This document shows, piece by piece, positions 38,679-48,165 of a DNA stretch of 64,000 nucleotides (position 1 is the stretch's first letter; each line of letters starts with the position of its first letter). The DNA comes from an uncultured Bacteroidaceae bacterium (GTDB lineage Bacteria > Bacteroidota > Bacteroidia > Bacteroidales > GCA-2748055). The stretch covers positions 1,360 to 65,359 of the forward strand of contig CAZQOV010000001.1 of the NCBI GenBank assembly GCA_964595055.1. Reading direction: 5' to 3'. A model generated the notes under the pieces. The model saw nothing but the letters and a program-made list of their open reading frames with translations. It did no database searches and was not told where the DNA came from. Position numbers and translations under genes: made by a program.

Positions 38679-41594
38679 TCACAGGTTTACCCGGGAAGTT
38701 CCCTGATCATTTTGAATTAGCTCTTCCTTTGTACACTGGTTGATTAAGTAAAATATAGATTGATAACTGATCCCACTGATGTTTGAAAGCCCGATTTCAC
38801 AGGTTCTGCTGTTGGATATTCCGGACCTGCATTCCCCGATTTCTTTTTTCAGATTTCTTAATGCCCATTCATTCAATTCGGGAACTGAAAATCCTTTATC
38901 CCCGGCAAATCCGCAACATCCTACCTGTTCAGGGAAAACGGGTTGTTCGACACAGATTTCGGCAAGTTTTTTAAATTTTTCTTCAAGATTCATTTTAATG
39001 CTGCTACAGGTCACATGAAAAGCCATTTTCCCTTCCTGTTTTTTTATATCAAGTTTATCCAGTAAAAAATCATGAATAAACTCCACCGGTTCATAAAGGT
39101 CCAATTTTTTACTCATCTGCTTTCTCATTCGGTAAATGCAGGGACTTGTATCACAGAGTACGGGATATTTTCCATTGCAACTGCTTATTAACAATTCCCG
39201 CTCCAGTTCCTCGCATTTCTTATTGGCAATTTCGAAGAATCCCTTACTTTCCCAGGGCATGCCACAGCATAAATGGTTCATATTTTCAGGGAAAATTACC
39301 TGAAAACCTGCTCTGTTAAGTACCCTAAGGGTTACATTTACCAGTGAATCCATTGCTTTTTGATTTGATGACGGCCCCATAGCCTGATTGATACAACTGG
39401 GGAAATACACGATCTTACCAGTTCTTTCTGTCTCACAGTTGGTCAAATATTTTTTATCCAGTACAGCAGGACCAGGCATATGGGGATTCCATTGCGGAAT
39501 TCTCTTCAGAGAAAGAGTTCTAACTCCCCGGGTAAAAAAACCAAAGTTTTTGGTTCCTAAGGTCTGATGAAAAAAATGAACCAATCCAAGTCCTTTTCGC
39601 ATTGCACTGAGGGTCAGGCTAAGGTTATCACTCAGACCCTTTGCCACAGCCTGCGGGATTTTTCTGGTCTTATTGGTATTGTTCCTCAGTTTTTTTATCA
39701 GCACGCCGGTATCGATATCCAGGGGACAAGTAACAGAGCATAGTCCATCGCCTGCACAGGTCTTGTCACCCATATATTTAAAAGCACGGCTTATTTCCCG
39801 GATCCGGTTATTGTGTTCATTCCTTCTTATTAGTTTTAATTCTCGCTGAACTACAATTCTTTGCCTGGCAGAAAGCGTTAAGCCTGTACTCAAACAACTG
39901 ATCTCACAGAATCCACATTCTATGCATTTATCTACAGATTCATCCACCTCCGGAAATTGCTTGAAATTCTTGAGGTGGATTTTTTCATCATCATTGATGA
40001 TAACTCCGGGATTAAGGATATTCTCAGGATCAAATATCCTTTTGACTTCCTTCATATATTCATACAACTTTTCTCCCCATTCATATTTAACGAAAGGAGC
40101 CATATTCAGGCCGGTTCCATGCTCTGCCTTTAATGATCCATTGTATTTTTTAACGATAAGTTCAGTGACCTTCTGAATCAATCCTTCATATTGTTTCAGT
40201 TCAACCTGATCCTCAAAGTTTTGAGAAAAAATAAAATGCAGATTACCATCAAGTGCATGACCATAAATGACTGCATCTTCATAACCATTTTCATCAAGCA
40301 GGTTTCTGAGATCTCCGGCAGCCTCTGTTAATCGTTCCGTTCTGACCGCCACATCCTCAATTATAACCACTGTTCCGGGCTTTCTCATCCCTCCTGCCGA
40401 AGGAAAAACTCCTTTTCTTACTTTCCAGACTTCCAAAATTTCTTTGGGATCTCTGGTTAAGGTAAAATTTCTTTCCAGTTTGAAACCTGACAAGACTTTT
40501 TTAGTTTTACCGGTCATAACATCAAGTTCATCTTCACTTTCTGCCTCAAGATCAATCAGCAAGGCTGTAACTTCTGGATGAAAATTCCGAATATATTCGG
40601 GAATTCCTTTTTGTCCTTCTACAGAAGCAAGGGCTTTTCGATCCATAAGTTCTATAGCAGGCACTCCGGCTTCTTTTAAAAGTGGAACAGCTTTACTTGC
40701 TTCAGTCGAATTGCAGAAATAAACAAGCGATGAAGCTCGGAAATTTTTCAGGGGAACCGTTTCAAAAACTGCCTCAGAAACAAACCCGAGGGTACCCTCC
40801 GAACCGACCATTAGGTGAAGAATAATATCGAAGGGATCATCAAAATCCACAAAAGAATTCATTCCATAACCGGTCGTATTTTTAATACTGTATTTTTCTT
40901 TTATTAACTTAACCCCTTCAGGATCAGTTTTGATTTTATTTCTTAATTTTTCAATTCCAGAAATAATACCCGGCTTTTTTTGGGTGAATTGTTTCTTGCT
41001 CTCTTCATTGGAAGTGTCGAGCAAAGTACCGTCGTTAAAAATGATCCTTGCAGAACGAATGGTTGCATAAGAATTTGCATGGATACCACAACTCATGCCA
41101 CTGGCGTTATTAGCTACAATACCTCCTACCATAGCTGAATTGACAGAAGCAGGGTCGGGCCCGAATTTCATTCCGTAAGGTTTCAGTACCTGGTTGAGTC
41201 TCAATCCGGTGATTCCTGGCTGAGTTCTGACAAATTTACCCTTCTCCAGAACCTCTGTCTTGCTCCAATCGTCACCAGAAACCAGCATAAGAACAGAATC
41301 CGTAATGGCCTGACCCGATAATGATGTTCCCGCTGCACGGAATGTCAATGGAATATGCTTTTCCTTTAGTTTTTTAATGATAAAAATGACCTCATCTTCA
41401 TTTCCGGGTTTAACGATCATCTGCGGGATTTTTTTATAACATCCTGCATCAGCACTCCAGGCAATAAGAGAAAGAGAATCGACCCATACCGAAGCCTTAC
41501 CTGTTTTCCCAATGATGCTTTTGTATAAAGTTTTAATTTCCGGTTTCATAACAGGAGATTTTGTAACATTCCTATCGGCTTTTTTTTGACGCAC
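38679..41594 (-). CDS. YdiJ-like FAD-binding and Fe-S-binding D-2-hydroxyacid dehydrogenase (GlcD-like + GlcF-like fusion)
   Basis: FAD/PCMH domain (FRAAGTSLSGQ), two ferredoxin-type motifs (CIECGFCEISC, CAGDGLCSVTCP) and C-terminal CCG motifs (CCGMPW, CCGFAGD). The track start is GTG at 41594; an alternative ATG is at 41549. Confidence 0.86.
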   Translation of the reverse strand: MRQKKADRNVTKSPVMKPEIKTLYKSIIGKTGKASVWVDSLSLIAWSADAGCYKKIPQMIVKPGNEDEVIFIIKKLKEKHIPLTFRAAGTSLSGQAITDSVLMLVSGDDWSKTEVLEKGKFVRTQPGITGLRLNQVLKPYGMKFGPDPASVNSAMVGGIVANNASGMSCGIHANSYATIRSARIIFNDGTLLDTSNEESKKQFTQKKPGIISGIEKLRNKIKTDPEGVKLIKEKYSIKNTTGYGMNSFVDFDDPFDIILHLMVGSEGTLGFVSEAVFETVPLKNFRASSLVYFCNSTEASKAVPLLKEAGVPAIELMDRKALASVEGQKGIPEYIRNFHPEVTALLIDLEAESEDELDVMTGKTKKVLSGFKLERNFTLTRDPKEILEVWKVRKGVFPSAGGMRKPGTVVIIEDVAVRTERLTEAAGDLRNLLDENGYEDAVIYGHALDGNLHFIFSQNFEDQVELKQYEGLIQKVTELIVKKYNGSLKAEHGTGLNMAPFVKYEWGEKLYEYMKEVKRIFDPENILNPGVIINDDEKIHLKNFKQFPEVDESVDKCIECGFCEISCLSTGLTLSARQRIVVQRELKLIRRNEHNNRIREISRAFKYMGDKTCAGDGLCSVTCPLDIDTGVLIKKLRNNTNKTRKIPQAVAKGLSDNLSLTLSAMRKGLGLVHFFHQTLGTKNFGFFTRGVRTLSLKRIPQWNPHMPGPAVLDKKYLTNCETERTGKIVYFPSCINQAMGPSSNQKAMDSLVNVTLRVLNRAGFQVIFPENMNHLCCGMPWESKGFFEIANKKCEELERELLISSCNGKYPVLCDTSPCIYRMRKQMSKKLDLYEPVEFIHDFLLDKLDIKKQEGKMAFHVTCSSIKMNLEEKFKKLAEICVEQPVFPEQVGCCGFAGDKGFSVPELNEWALRNLKKEIGECRSGISNSRTCEIGLSNISGISYQSIFYLINQCTKEELIQNDQGTSRVNL

Positions 41595-41659
41595 AGCTAC
41601 TCATAATGATTGCCAAATAATTCATAACGTGCTTATTTGTTTTAATTAACCTGTGCAAA

Positions 41660-43981
41660 TTAGCGTACTACTCCTTCCATGGTCTTTTCCAGTTCCCGGG
41701 CATGTTCAAGGAACTCTTTTGCATTCATTTCCTTGAAAAAGAGCAAACCATGGGTAGTACGTATTCTCGGACTCTCATTTTGATAAAAATAATCCTTACC
41801 CAGAATTAACTGTATATCCTTTAACTGATCCACCCAGATGTTCTTGGCAAGTTCTGAGAATTTACCATCCAGCATATAACTAGGGAATGAAGCGTCTACC
41901 TGGCTCAGATAGCAGTTGGTAAAGGCATTGTCCATTACTGCGATAGCATTGAGAGACACCGGAACAATTACATTTGCTTCTGCTGCATGAAAGCGGAACC
42001 AAACATTTCTATATCCCCAGATCCGCAGTTGGGAAAGGTCTTCTTCTTTCTGCCAGAGCCTTACCGCTTCAGCTATGGCCTGTAAAACCTTATAATGTGT
42101 ATCGGGGCCACTCCCTTCCGGATCAAATGCAAGACTGATGACGGTAGGCTTTAGTTCTTTTAATTGTTCCAGGATGGGTGCAACATCTCTCTCCCTTTCG
42201 GGTTGCTCGGTGAATATATCCCCGGTATAGAAACCTAATCTCAAATGATGTACGTTCTTCACCTGGAAACCAAAATGAGCCCATACCAGTTCCTCTTCAA
42301 ACTCTCTTATCATACCTTTAAGTTTCTGGATATGTGGAGGATTTTTCTGTCCGTCATAACTGTTTCTCAAAATGGAAAGAATATCATCAATTTTATTTCT
42401 TAATTCCATAACATTTTTCACCCCATGAATTTCAGTAATGGCTCTCACCACCCTGTGGCTTAATCCGCGAATTCTTTCATAAGGTTCACCGGAAGCCACC
42501 CTGGTCAGATAATGGTAAACATCCTTGTCCCATTTGTATCGATAGCCTTTATGGAAGAAATCAGGGTATTTCGTCATCTGTATTAAATTATTATCCAGAA
42601 AATCCTTGGTGTCCATCAGAACATCGATTACAAAATCATTGGTAACGGCAGTGAATCCGCTGGTCAAAACAGAAAAATGTGCCTGATTGGTTTCTTCTCT
42701 TGAAAGCCTGTGAACATGAGGAAGCATTCCCAACATTACATCATCATGATGAGGTCCTGTATGATAATACATCTGATTGCTTTCTCCTTCACATCCTTTA
42801 TTCAATTTGGATTTGATGCTTTCAATAACCTCTTCCACCATTTTCAGACTTAGATTCGGATTTAACCTGCAGAAAGGATCACTTTTCAGGTCTTCAATGG
42901 TCAGCCGATGAGCATATTTATGCAATCTTTTGCACAGCCCAAGCACAGCACGTTCGCTTTTTTCCTGGGTCCACTCCCCTTCCTCATAATAATTCTTTAC
43001 CAGATCGGTAAGTTTTATGGCCGCTCCGCGCGTAAGATAAAAGCAACTGTTCTTAAGTTTCTGAAGAACAGTCGCCGGGTAAACATTCGTTTGCTCATTC
43101 TCAAGTGCATCCTGAATAACATCTGCTTTGGCCTCTCCTGCCGCAAATATGATGGCAACCGCATCGGGGTTATACGTAATGGTCTCCAGGCCTACGGTAA
43201 TCGCAAGCCTGTTTTTTGAAACCTCAATTCCCCCCAGATCTGTTGCTGCCTGAGCCTGGGTCTCAAAATTTGTCGGGGTAAGCCGGGTGGTGGAAAACCG
43301 GTCTGATCCTCTCACATTAAAAGCTATATGACCGTCAGGACCTATACCTCCGAGGAAGAAACCAATTCCTCCCTTTTCCCTGATTTTTTGCTCATATTCC
43401 GTACACCAATCATCGATCATGAAAATTGATTTTTGCTGAATCTTTTCCATCGCCCCCTTTGCTTCCCGATACCGTAGGGAAAGATCAACTATATTATCAG
43501 GAAACACTTCTGTAAAATGTTTCCCTTCATATAAGGGAATTTCATCGCAATTGATCAGCAGGGAATTTTTCGGATCCAACCCAAAATCCCTTACATAGAA
43601 ATTCATAACATAATGGTAAAAACTATTATGCTGTTCAGAGCTTATGGGATAAAACTCATCAATCTGCACGAAAGAGAGATCTTTTAAAACCGGTTTTTGA
43701 TCAATCTCAAGTCCGTAATGCTTTCTTAAGGCATTAATATCTTTTGAATTCCAGTTATCCAAAATATGTTTTGTCCACTTAATAAAGTATTCAGGAGTTT
43801 TTCCTGTAGGCAAGCTGATCACACCCTTAGGATTTTCATTTACCCATTCCAAAAAACGCAGAGCAGTAAAAAACCCCATCTTGGGAAAATTATCGACTAA
43901 AATATAGGGAATATGTGTACTGTAACTATTTTGTTTCGATAGTTCAAAGAAGCGTTGCTCAACTTTCGATTTGAATTTCAT
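41660..43981 (-). CDS. nagB: long-form glucosamine-6-phosphate deaminase (NagB domain) fused to a C-terminal LmbE/PIG-L-like domain
   Basis: NagB hallmark GGIGPDGHIAFN within aa 30-330. The C-terminal ~370 aa carry YHTGPHHDDVMLG and GPDTHYKV, reminiscent of the PHPDD and HxDH motifs of LmbE-type deacetylases. Confidence 0.82.
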   Translation of the reverse strand: MKFKSKVEQRFFELSKQNSYSTHIPYILVDNFPKMGFFTALRFLEWVNENPKGVISLPTGKTPEYFIKWTKHILDNWNSKDINALRKHYGLEIDQKPVLKDLSFVQIDEFYPISSEQHNSFYHYVMNFYVRDFGLDPKNSLLINCDEIPLYEGKHFTEVFPDNIVDLSLRYREAKGAMEKIQQKSIFMIDDWCTEYEQKIREKGGIGFFLGGIGPDGHIAFNVRGSDRFSTTRLTPTNFETQAQAATDLGGIEVSKNRLAITVGLETITYNPDAVAIIFAAGEAKADVIQDALENEQTNVYPATVLQKLKNSCFYLTRGAAIKLTDLVKNYYEEGEWTQEKSERAVLGLCKRLHKYAHRLTIEDLKSDPFCRLNPNLSLKMVEEVIESIKSKLNKGCEGESNQMYYHTGPHHDDVMLGMLPHVHRLSREETNQAHFSVLTSGFTAVTNDFVIDVLMDTKDFLDNNLIQMTKYPDFFHKGYRYKWDKDVYHYLTRVASGEPYERIRGLSHRVVRAITEIHGVKNVMELRNKIDDILSILRNSYDGQKNPPHIQKLKGMIREFEEELVWAHFGFQVKNVHHLRLGFYTGDIFTEQPERERDVAPILEQLKELKPTVISLAFDPEGSGPDTHYKVLQAIAEAVRLWQKEEDLSQLRIWGYRNVWFRFHAAEANVIVPVSLNAIAVMDNAFTNCYLSQVDASFPSYMLDGKFSELAKNIWVDQLKDIQLILGKDYFYQNESPRIRTTHGLLFFKEMNAKEFLEHARELEKTMEGVVR

Positions 43982-43999
43982 AGCTCTGAATTTTAATTG

Positions 44000-45865
44000 T
44001 TATTTATCATTTTCTTTTTTCCCGAAAGCAGGATCAATATTTAAAAACGGAATCACAAGAAAACTGGGTATGGTGCAGATCATCACCCATAAAAAGAAAT
44101 TCTGATACCCTATAATCTCCTGCAACCAACCACTGATCATTCCGGGAATCATCATTCCCAGTGCCATAAATCCGGTAGTTATAGCGAAGTGAGCAGTTTT
44201 GTGCTTACCTTCGGAAACATAAATCATATACAGCATATAGGCGGTAAATCCGAATCCGTATCCGAACTGTTCAATGGCAATTGAACTGCCAATAATCCAA
44301 AGTGAAGATGGCATGTAAAAAGACAAAAACACATACATTAGATTTGGTAGATTCATGGCCATAACCATCCACCAGATCCAATATTTCAGACCTCTGCGCG
44401 AAGCCGCAATTCCTCCGATGATTCCCCCGAGAGAGAGGGAAAGCATTCCCATGGTACCGTAAAGTAAGCCCAGATCCCCGGTGGTCAAACCCAGCCCGTT
44501 CATTTCCCGGGAGTCAAGAAGAAAAGGAGAAGCCAGTTTAACCAATTGAGATTCACCTAATCTGTATACCAGGAGAAATAGTAGGATTACCCCAATGTTT
44601 TTTTTCTTAAAGAATTTTACAAAGGTCTCAAGAAATTCACTTAAAAGGCTTCTTCCTTCTGTTTTATTAGGCTTATCATCCAAAGGCTTGGGTAAAATCA
44701 AACGATGATAGAGAAAAAAGACCAAAAATATTATCGCAATAATTACGAAGACTATAGTCCAGGCCAGGGGAATATTTCCAGAAAGTCCTTTGAACATGGC
44801 TTTTGCATTATCATCCAGTTGAGCATCCAGTTGAAATGCGGCAAATGCCGGAACATTCCAATTTTCGGAAGTAAATTCATAACGGTAACTTTTAATAAGA
44901 CCGATACTTTTGTCCCCCCGTTCATGAGTAAAGTTTAAAACTATTGTCTCCCCTTTCTCCGGAGGTTTGCTGAGATAAAAATAAGTATACCCAACATTTC
45001 CAGCCTTGGATTGCTCAGCTTCCGGAGTATCCCTGTAAAAGGTTTTTTTAAGAAACCGTTCAAGAGGAGCAGTAAGGGTCCTTCTCCACCATGTATCGCC
45101 TTTAGAAACCTGGGCTATTTCTTTCTCTGCTTTATAAAATCCATTATTTATGTTCCACTGTTCTATTTTTTCCAGTAATTCATTCGTCTTCTCTTTATCT
45201 CTTTTTTCGGTGGAGATTTTTATGTCCTTTTCACTTACAATGTAAAGGGTTGAGGAATTCGGTGGTATTTTGATGTTCTGAGGTTGAAATTCAAGCTCCC
45301 CGGGTTTACTATTTGTCAACGCCTCAACACTCACATTGATCGGGGGAAGACCGGTTTGGGCTTCAAAATATCCGGCAAAAATAACAAGAAGACCCTGTCC
45401 GGTAAGCATGGCAAAACGATAAAAAGTACTTCTGATGCCTACAAAGAATGCCTGATCGTGCCTGGATAAACCGAGCATATAGAACCCATCGGCAGCAATG
45501 TCGTGGGTGGCAGAACTAAAAGCAAGCAACCAGAAAAAAGCCAGGGTATATTGAAAAAAGTTCGGAACGGGTATGGTAAATGCAACACCTGCCAGGCCTG
45601 CTCCAATAAACAGTTGCATAATTATGATCCAGAAACGCTTTGTTTTGAAAATATCAACAATCGGACTCCAGAGTGGCTTAATGACCCAAGGAAGGTATAA
45701 CCAACTGGTATACAGTGCTATATCACTATTAGACACTCCCATCCTCTTATAAAAAATAACGGAGAGAGTCATTACAATAACATAAGGAATTCCCTCGGCA
45801 AAATAGAGAGAGGGAACCCAGAACCATGCATTCCTTGAATTGTTTTTATTGGCATTTACACTCAT
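44000..45865 (-). CDS. ampG: AmpG-family MFS permease with a large central insertion
   Basis: N-terminus WFWVPSLYFAEGIPYVIVMT..LYLPWVIKPLWSPIVD is typical of AmpG/muropeptide permeases. At 621 aa it is long because of a ~195-aa soluble insert. Confidence 0.83.
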   Translation of the reverse strand: MSVNANKNNSRNAWFWVPSLYFAEGIPYVIVMTLSVIFYKRMGVSNSDIALYTSWLYLPWVIKPLWSPIVDIFKTKRFWIIIMQLFIGAGLAGVAFTIPVPNFFQYTLAFFWLLAFSSATHDIAADGFYMLGLSRHDQAFFVGIRSTFYRFAMLTGQGLLVIFAGYFEAQTGLPPINVSVEALTNSKPGELEFQPQNIKIPPNSSTLYIVSEKDIKISTEKRDKEKTNELLEKIEQWNINNGFYKAEKEIAQVSKGDTWWRRTLTAPLERFLKKTFYRDTPEAEQSKAGNVGYTYFYLSKPPEKGETIVLNFTHERGDKSIGLIKSYRYEFTSENWNVPAFAAFQLDAQLDDNAKAMFKGLSGNIPLAWTIVFVIIAIIFLVFFLYHRLILPKPLDDKPNKTEGRSLLSEFLETFVKFFKKKNIGVILLFLLVYRLGESQLVKLASPFLLDSREMNGLGLTTGDLGLLYGTMGMLSLSLGGIIGGIAASRRGLKYWIWWMVMAMNLPNLMYVFLSFYMPSSLWIIGSSIAIEQFGYGFGFTAYMLYMIYVSEGKHKTAHFAITTGFMALGMMIPGMISGWLQEIIGYQNFFLWVMICTIPSFLVIPFLNIDPAFGKKENDK

Positions 45866-45896
45866 AATATAATCTGCTTACCAAAAGATTAAGTAT

Positions 45897-47243
45897 TCAG
45901 CTGTAGAGTTTACTGATCTCAGCACCCCGGTAATAATGCCGGAGGATTTCCTGATGAGAATATCCCTTTTCCCCCATTACGGCTGCACCAATCTGGCACA
46001 AGCCAACCCCATGGCCCCAGCCTGCTCCCTTCAGGATAAATTTTTCGGGAACCCCCTCTTGTTCTCCCTCTTTTTCAACGATGAATGCCGAACTTTTGAG
46101 ATGAGAGTCACTTAACCAGCGACGAATAACCAGTTCTTTTCCAATCACCATTTCTTTCTTCTCACCCTGTATTTTTAACTTTATCAACCTACCGGAATGT
46201 CCCCTTTCTAAAGGTACAAGATCCCTTATTCTCCCAAAATCAATTCCCGAACGCCTGTAAATAAGCTCAGCCAACTTCTTCTGATCATATTGGACTTTCC
46301 ATCGATAATAGTTCTTTTCAGAGCGATCATAATCATTTAAAACCTGTTGGAGAATATTTACATCTTTCGTGTCGCAAAAAGCCGGCGGCGGGTCGATAAT
46401 GAACTGTTTTACCTGTTCTTCATTCCTGAGATCTCCGGTATCAACCGAATCATCTTTATAATCTGTCACAGGGACAAGGTAAGGATGCTCAACGGGTTCC
46501 CAGCAGCTTTCAAATCGTTCCGATTTACCTCCGCATGCCTTTGAATAACGGGTATCGCAAATTTCACCATCAAACGTCAGCACCCTGCCGTATGTTTCAT
46601 TTACTGCCTCAATCACGCGGGGATTCGTAATCTTGGTTATTCCCTGGTAACGTTGACAATGATCATCAGCACAAACATGAAACTCCTGATGATCTTCCTT
46701 ATTGTACCAATATATATACTCCTCTTCTGAAGGATTTAAATCCTTTCGAGTATTCGTCTTTTTTTCTCTATCAGTATGGAGCTGGGCCATCAACCAGCTT
46801 CTGGAAATAATCGCATGAGCTTTTAAAAGTTCAGGGGAACTTTCGGCACTCATTTCTGAGGAAATAACACTGATCAAATAGTTTTCGACAGGAATGATAT
46901 TGATAACCTGAATATCCTCTCCCCTTTGAAACAGTTTAAGCGCTCCGCGAAATCTCTGAACTTCACTTTGTTCCCAGTGAAAATCAATACCTATAACCAC
47001 ATTACTCATTTCAAAATAATCGGAAGAAATATTACAGGGTACAAAAATGACCTTCCGGGTATAATTCAATATTCTATCCTCATTTTTGATGAGGATCTCT
47101 CCATTCTTTATTTCAGCTATGCAAGATCCATAACAGTTGGAAGAAGTACCACTTATTTCAAATTTTCCTGCCAGACGAAATTCAATTCTTTTGGCCTTAA
47201 GAATCCCGACCTGAACATTCGGCGAGCTGTTCATATGAAACAA
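45897..47243 (-). CDS. SpoIID/LytB-domain protein lacking any signal peptide or TM segment
   Basis: Motifs VISSEMSAESSPELLKAHAIISRSW, CADDHCQRYQG, YSKACGGKSE and GHGVGLCQIGA. The N-terminus MFHMNSSPNVQVGILKAKRIEF is hydrophilic. Confidence 0.86.
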   Translation of the reverse strand: MFHMNSSPNVQVGILKAKRIEFRLAGKFEISGTSSNCYGSCIAEIKNGEILIKNEDRILNYTRKVIFVPCNISSDYFEMSNVVIGIDFHWEQSEVQRFRGALKLFQRGEDIQVINIIPVENYLISVISSEMSAESSPELLKAHAIISRSWLMAQLHTDREKKTNTRKDLNPSEEEYIYWYNKEDHQEFHVCADDHCQRYQGITKITNPRVIEAVNETYGRVLTFDGEICDTRYSKACGGKSERFESCWEPVEHPYLVPVTDYKDDSVDTGDLRNEEQVKQFIIDPPPAFCDTKDVNILQQVLNDYDRSEKNYYRWKVQYDQKKLAELIYRRSGIDFGRIRDLVPLERGHSGRLIKLKIQGEKKEMVIGKELVIRRWLSDSHLKSSAFIVEKEGEQEGVPEKFILKGAGWGHGVGLCQIGAAVMGEKGYSHQEILRHYYRGAEISKLYS

Positions 47244-47262
47244 TTTATAAGGTTAAAAAATC

Positions 47263-48165
47263 TTATAGTTCTTTTTCATACCTCCAGAAAACTCTGGTTA
47301 TTCTGGCCCCTGCATAATAGGAATAAAAATGAATGGGACCTACCCAGGGGATAATGCATTTTTCATAGCCTCTTTTTTTCATATCAAAAAGACATTTATA
47401 CAGTAACACTCCTCCAACCCCTTTTCCTCTCAGGTCAGGATGTGTTCCCATTGGGCCAAACCATCCCGTTCCCCTGTTATTTCCATCCCATGCTGAAAAA
47501 GCTTTGATGCTTCCCTCTTTCTTCGCAATAAATATTGCAATGGGGTCTGTTTTCATAGCCATTTTCACTTCAAATTCCCATAACTTCCACTCCTCTGATA
47601 ATAACAGCATCAATTCTTCTTCATCTTCATATTCACAGCGTTGAATATGAATTTCATTCTTCCGCAACTCGTCCTGCTTTTCAGAAACATCCCAGGTGGA
47701 ATAAGAAAGATCGACTTCCATATTAATGGCTTCATCTTTCTTTATAAATCCTCTTCTCTCAAAGAAACAAACTGCAGGTGTATATCGTGGATCCACACCA
47801 GGCATAAGATAGTTATATGGAGCATCAAATATTCTGAGCACAGCAATTCCTGCCATACGTAAATCCTCTTCAAATCTCTGAAGAAGTTCTGAACCCAAAC
47901 CCTTCGAACGATATTCTTTTTTTACGGCAAATAATTTAATGTATCCGAAATTCTTGTTTTTAATATTTCTCTGCACCCCCTGCAGGAATCCAACAATTTC
48001 TTTATCATTTTCCACGAGGTAAGTAGTATCAGGATTCCAATCCGGATCCTCGTAAAGTTTCTCCCTCAGCAAAAATCTCTCAAGGCTGTCATATTCCAGT
48101 GCTTCATTTAACAGTACGAATATCTTTTCAAAATCCTGATCCTTGTATTTGCGGCAGGTGATCAT
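47263..48165 (-). CDS. GNAT-family N-acetyltransferase (two GNAT-like halves)
   Basis: 300-aa ORF with acetyl-CoA-binding-type motifs KEYRSKGLGSELLQ and PDLRGKGVGGVLLY. Confidence 0.85.
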   Translation of the reverse strand: MITCRKYKDQDFEKIFVLLNEALEYDSLERFLLREKLYEDPDWNPDTTYLVENDKEIVGFLQGVQRNIKNKNFGYIKLFAVKKEYRSKGLGSELLQRFEEDLRMAGIAVLRIFDAPYNYLMPGVDPRYTPAVCFFERRGFIKKDEAINMEVDLSYSTWDVSEKQDELRKNEIHIQRCEYEDEEELMLLLSEEWKLWEFEVKMAMKTDPIAIFIAKKEGSIKAFSAWDGNNRGTGWFGPMGTHPDLRGKGVGGVLLYKCLFDMKKRGYEKCIIPWVGPIHFYSYYAGARITRVFWRYEKEL

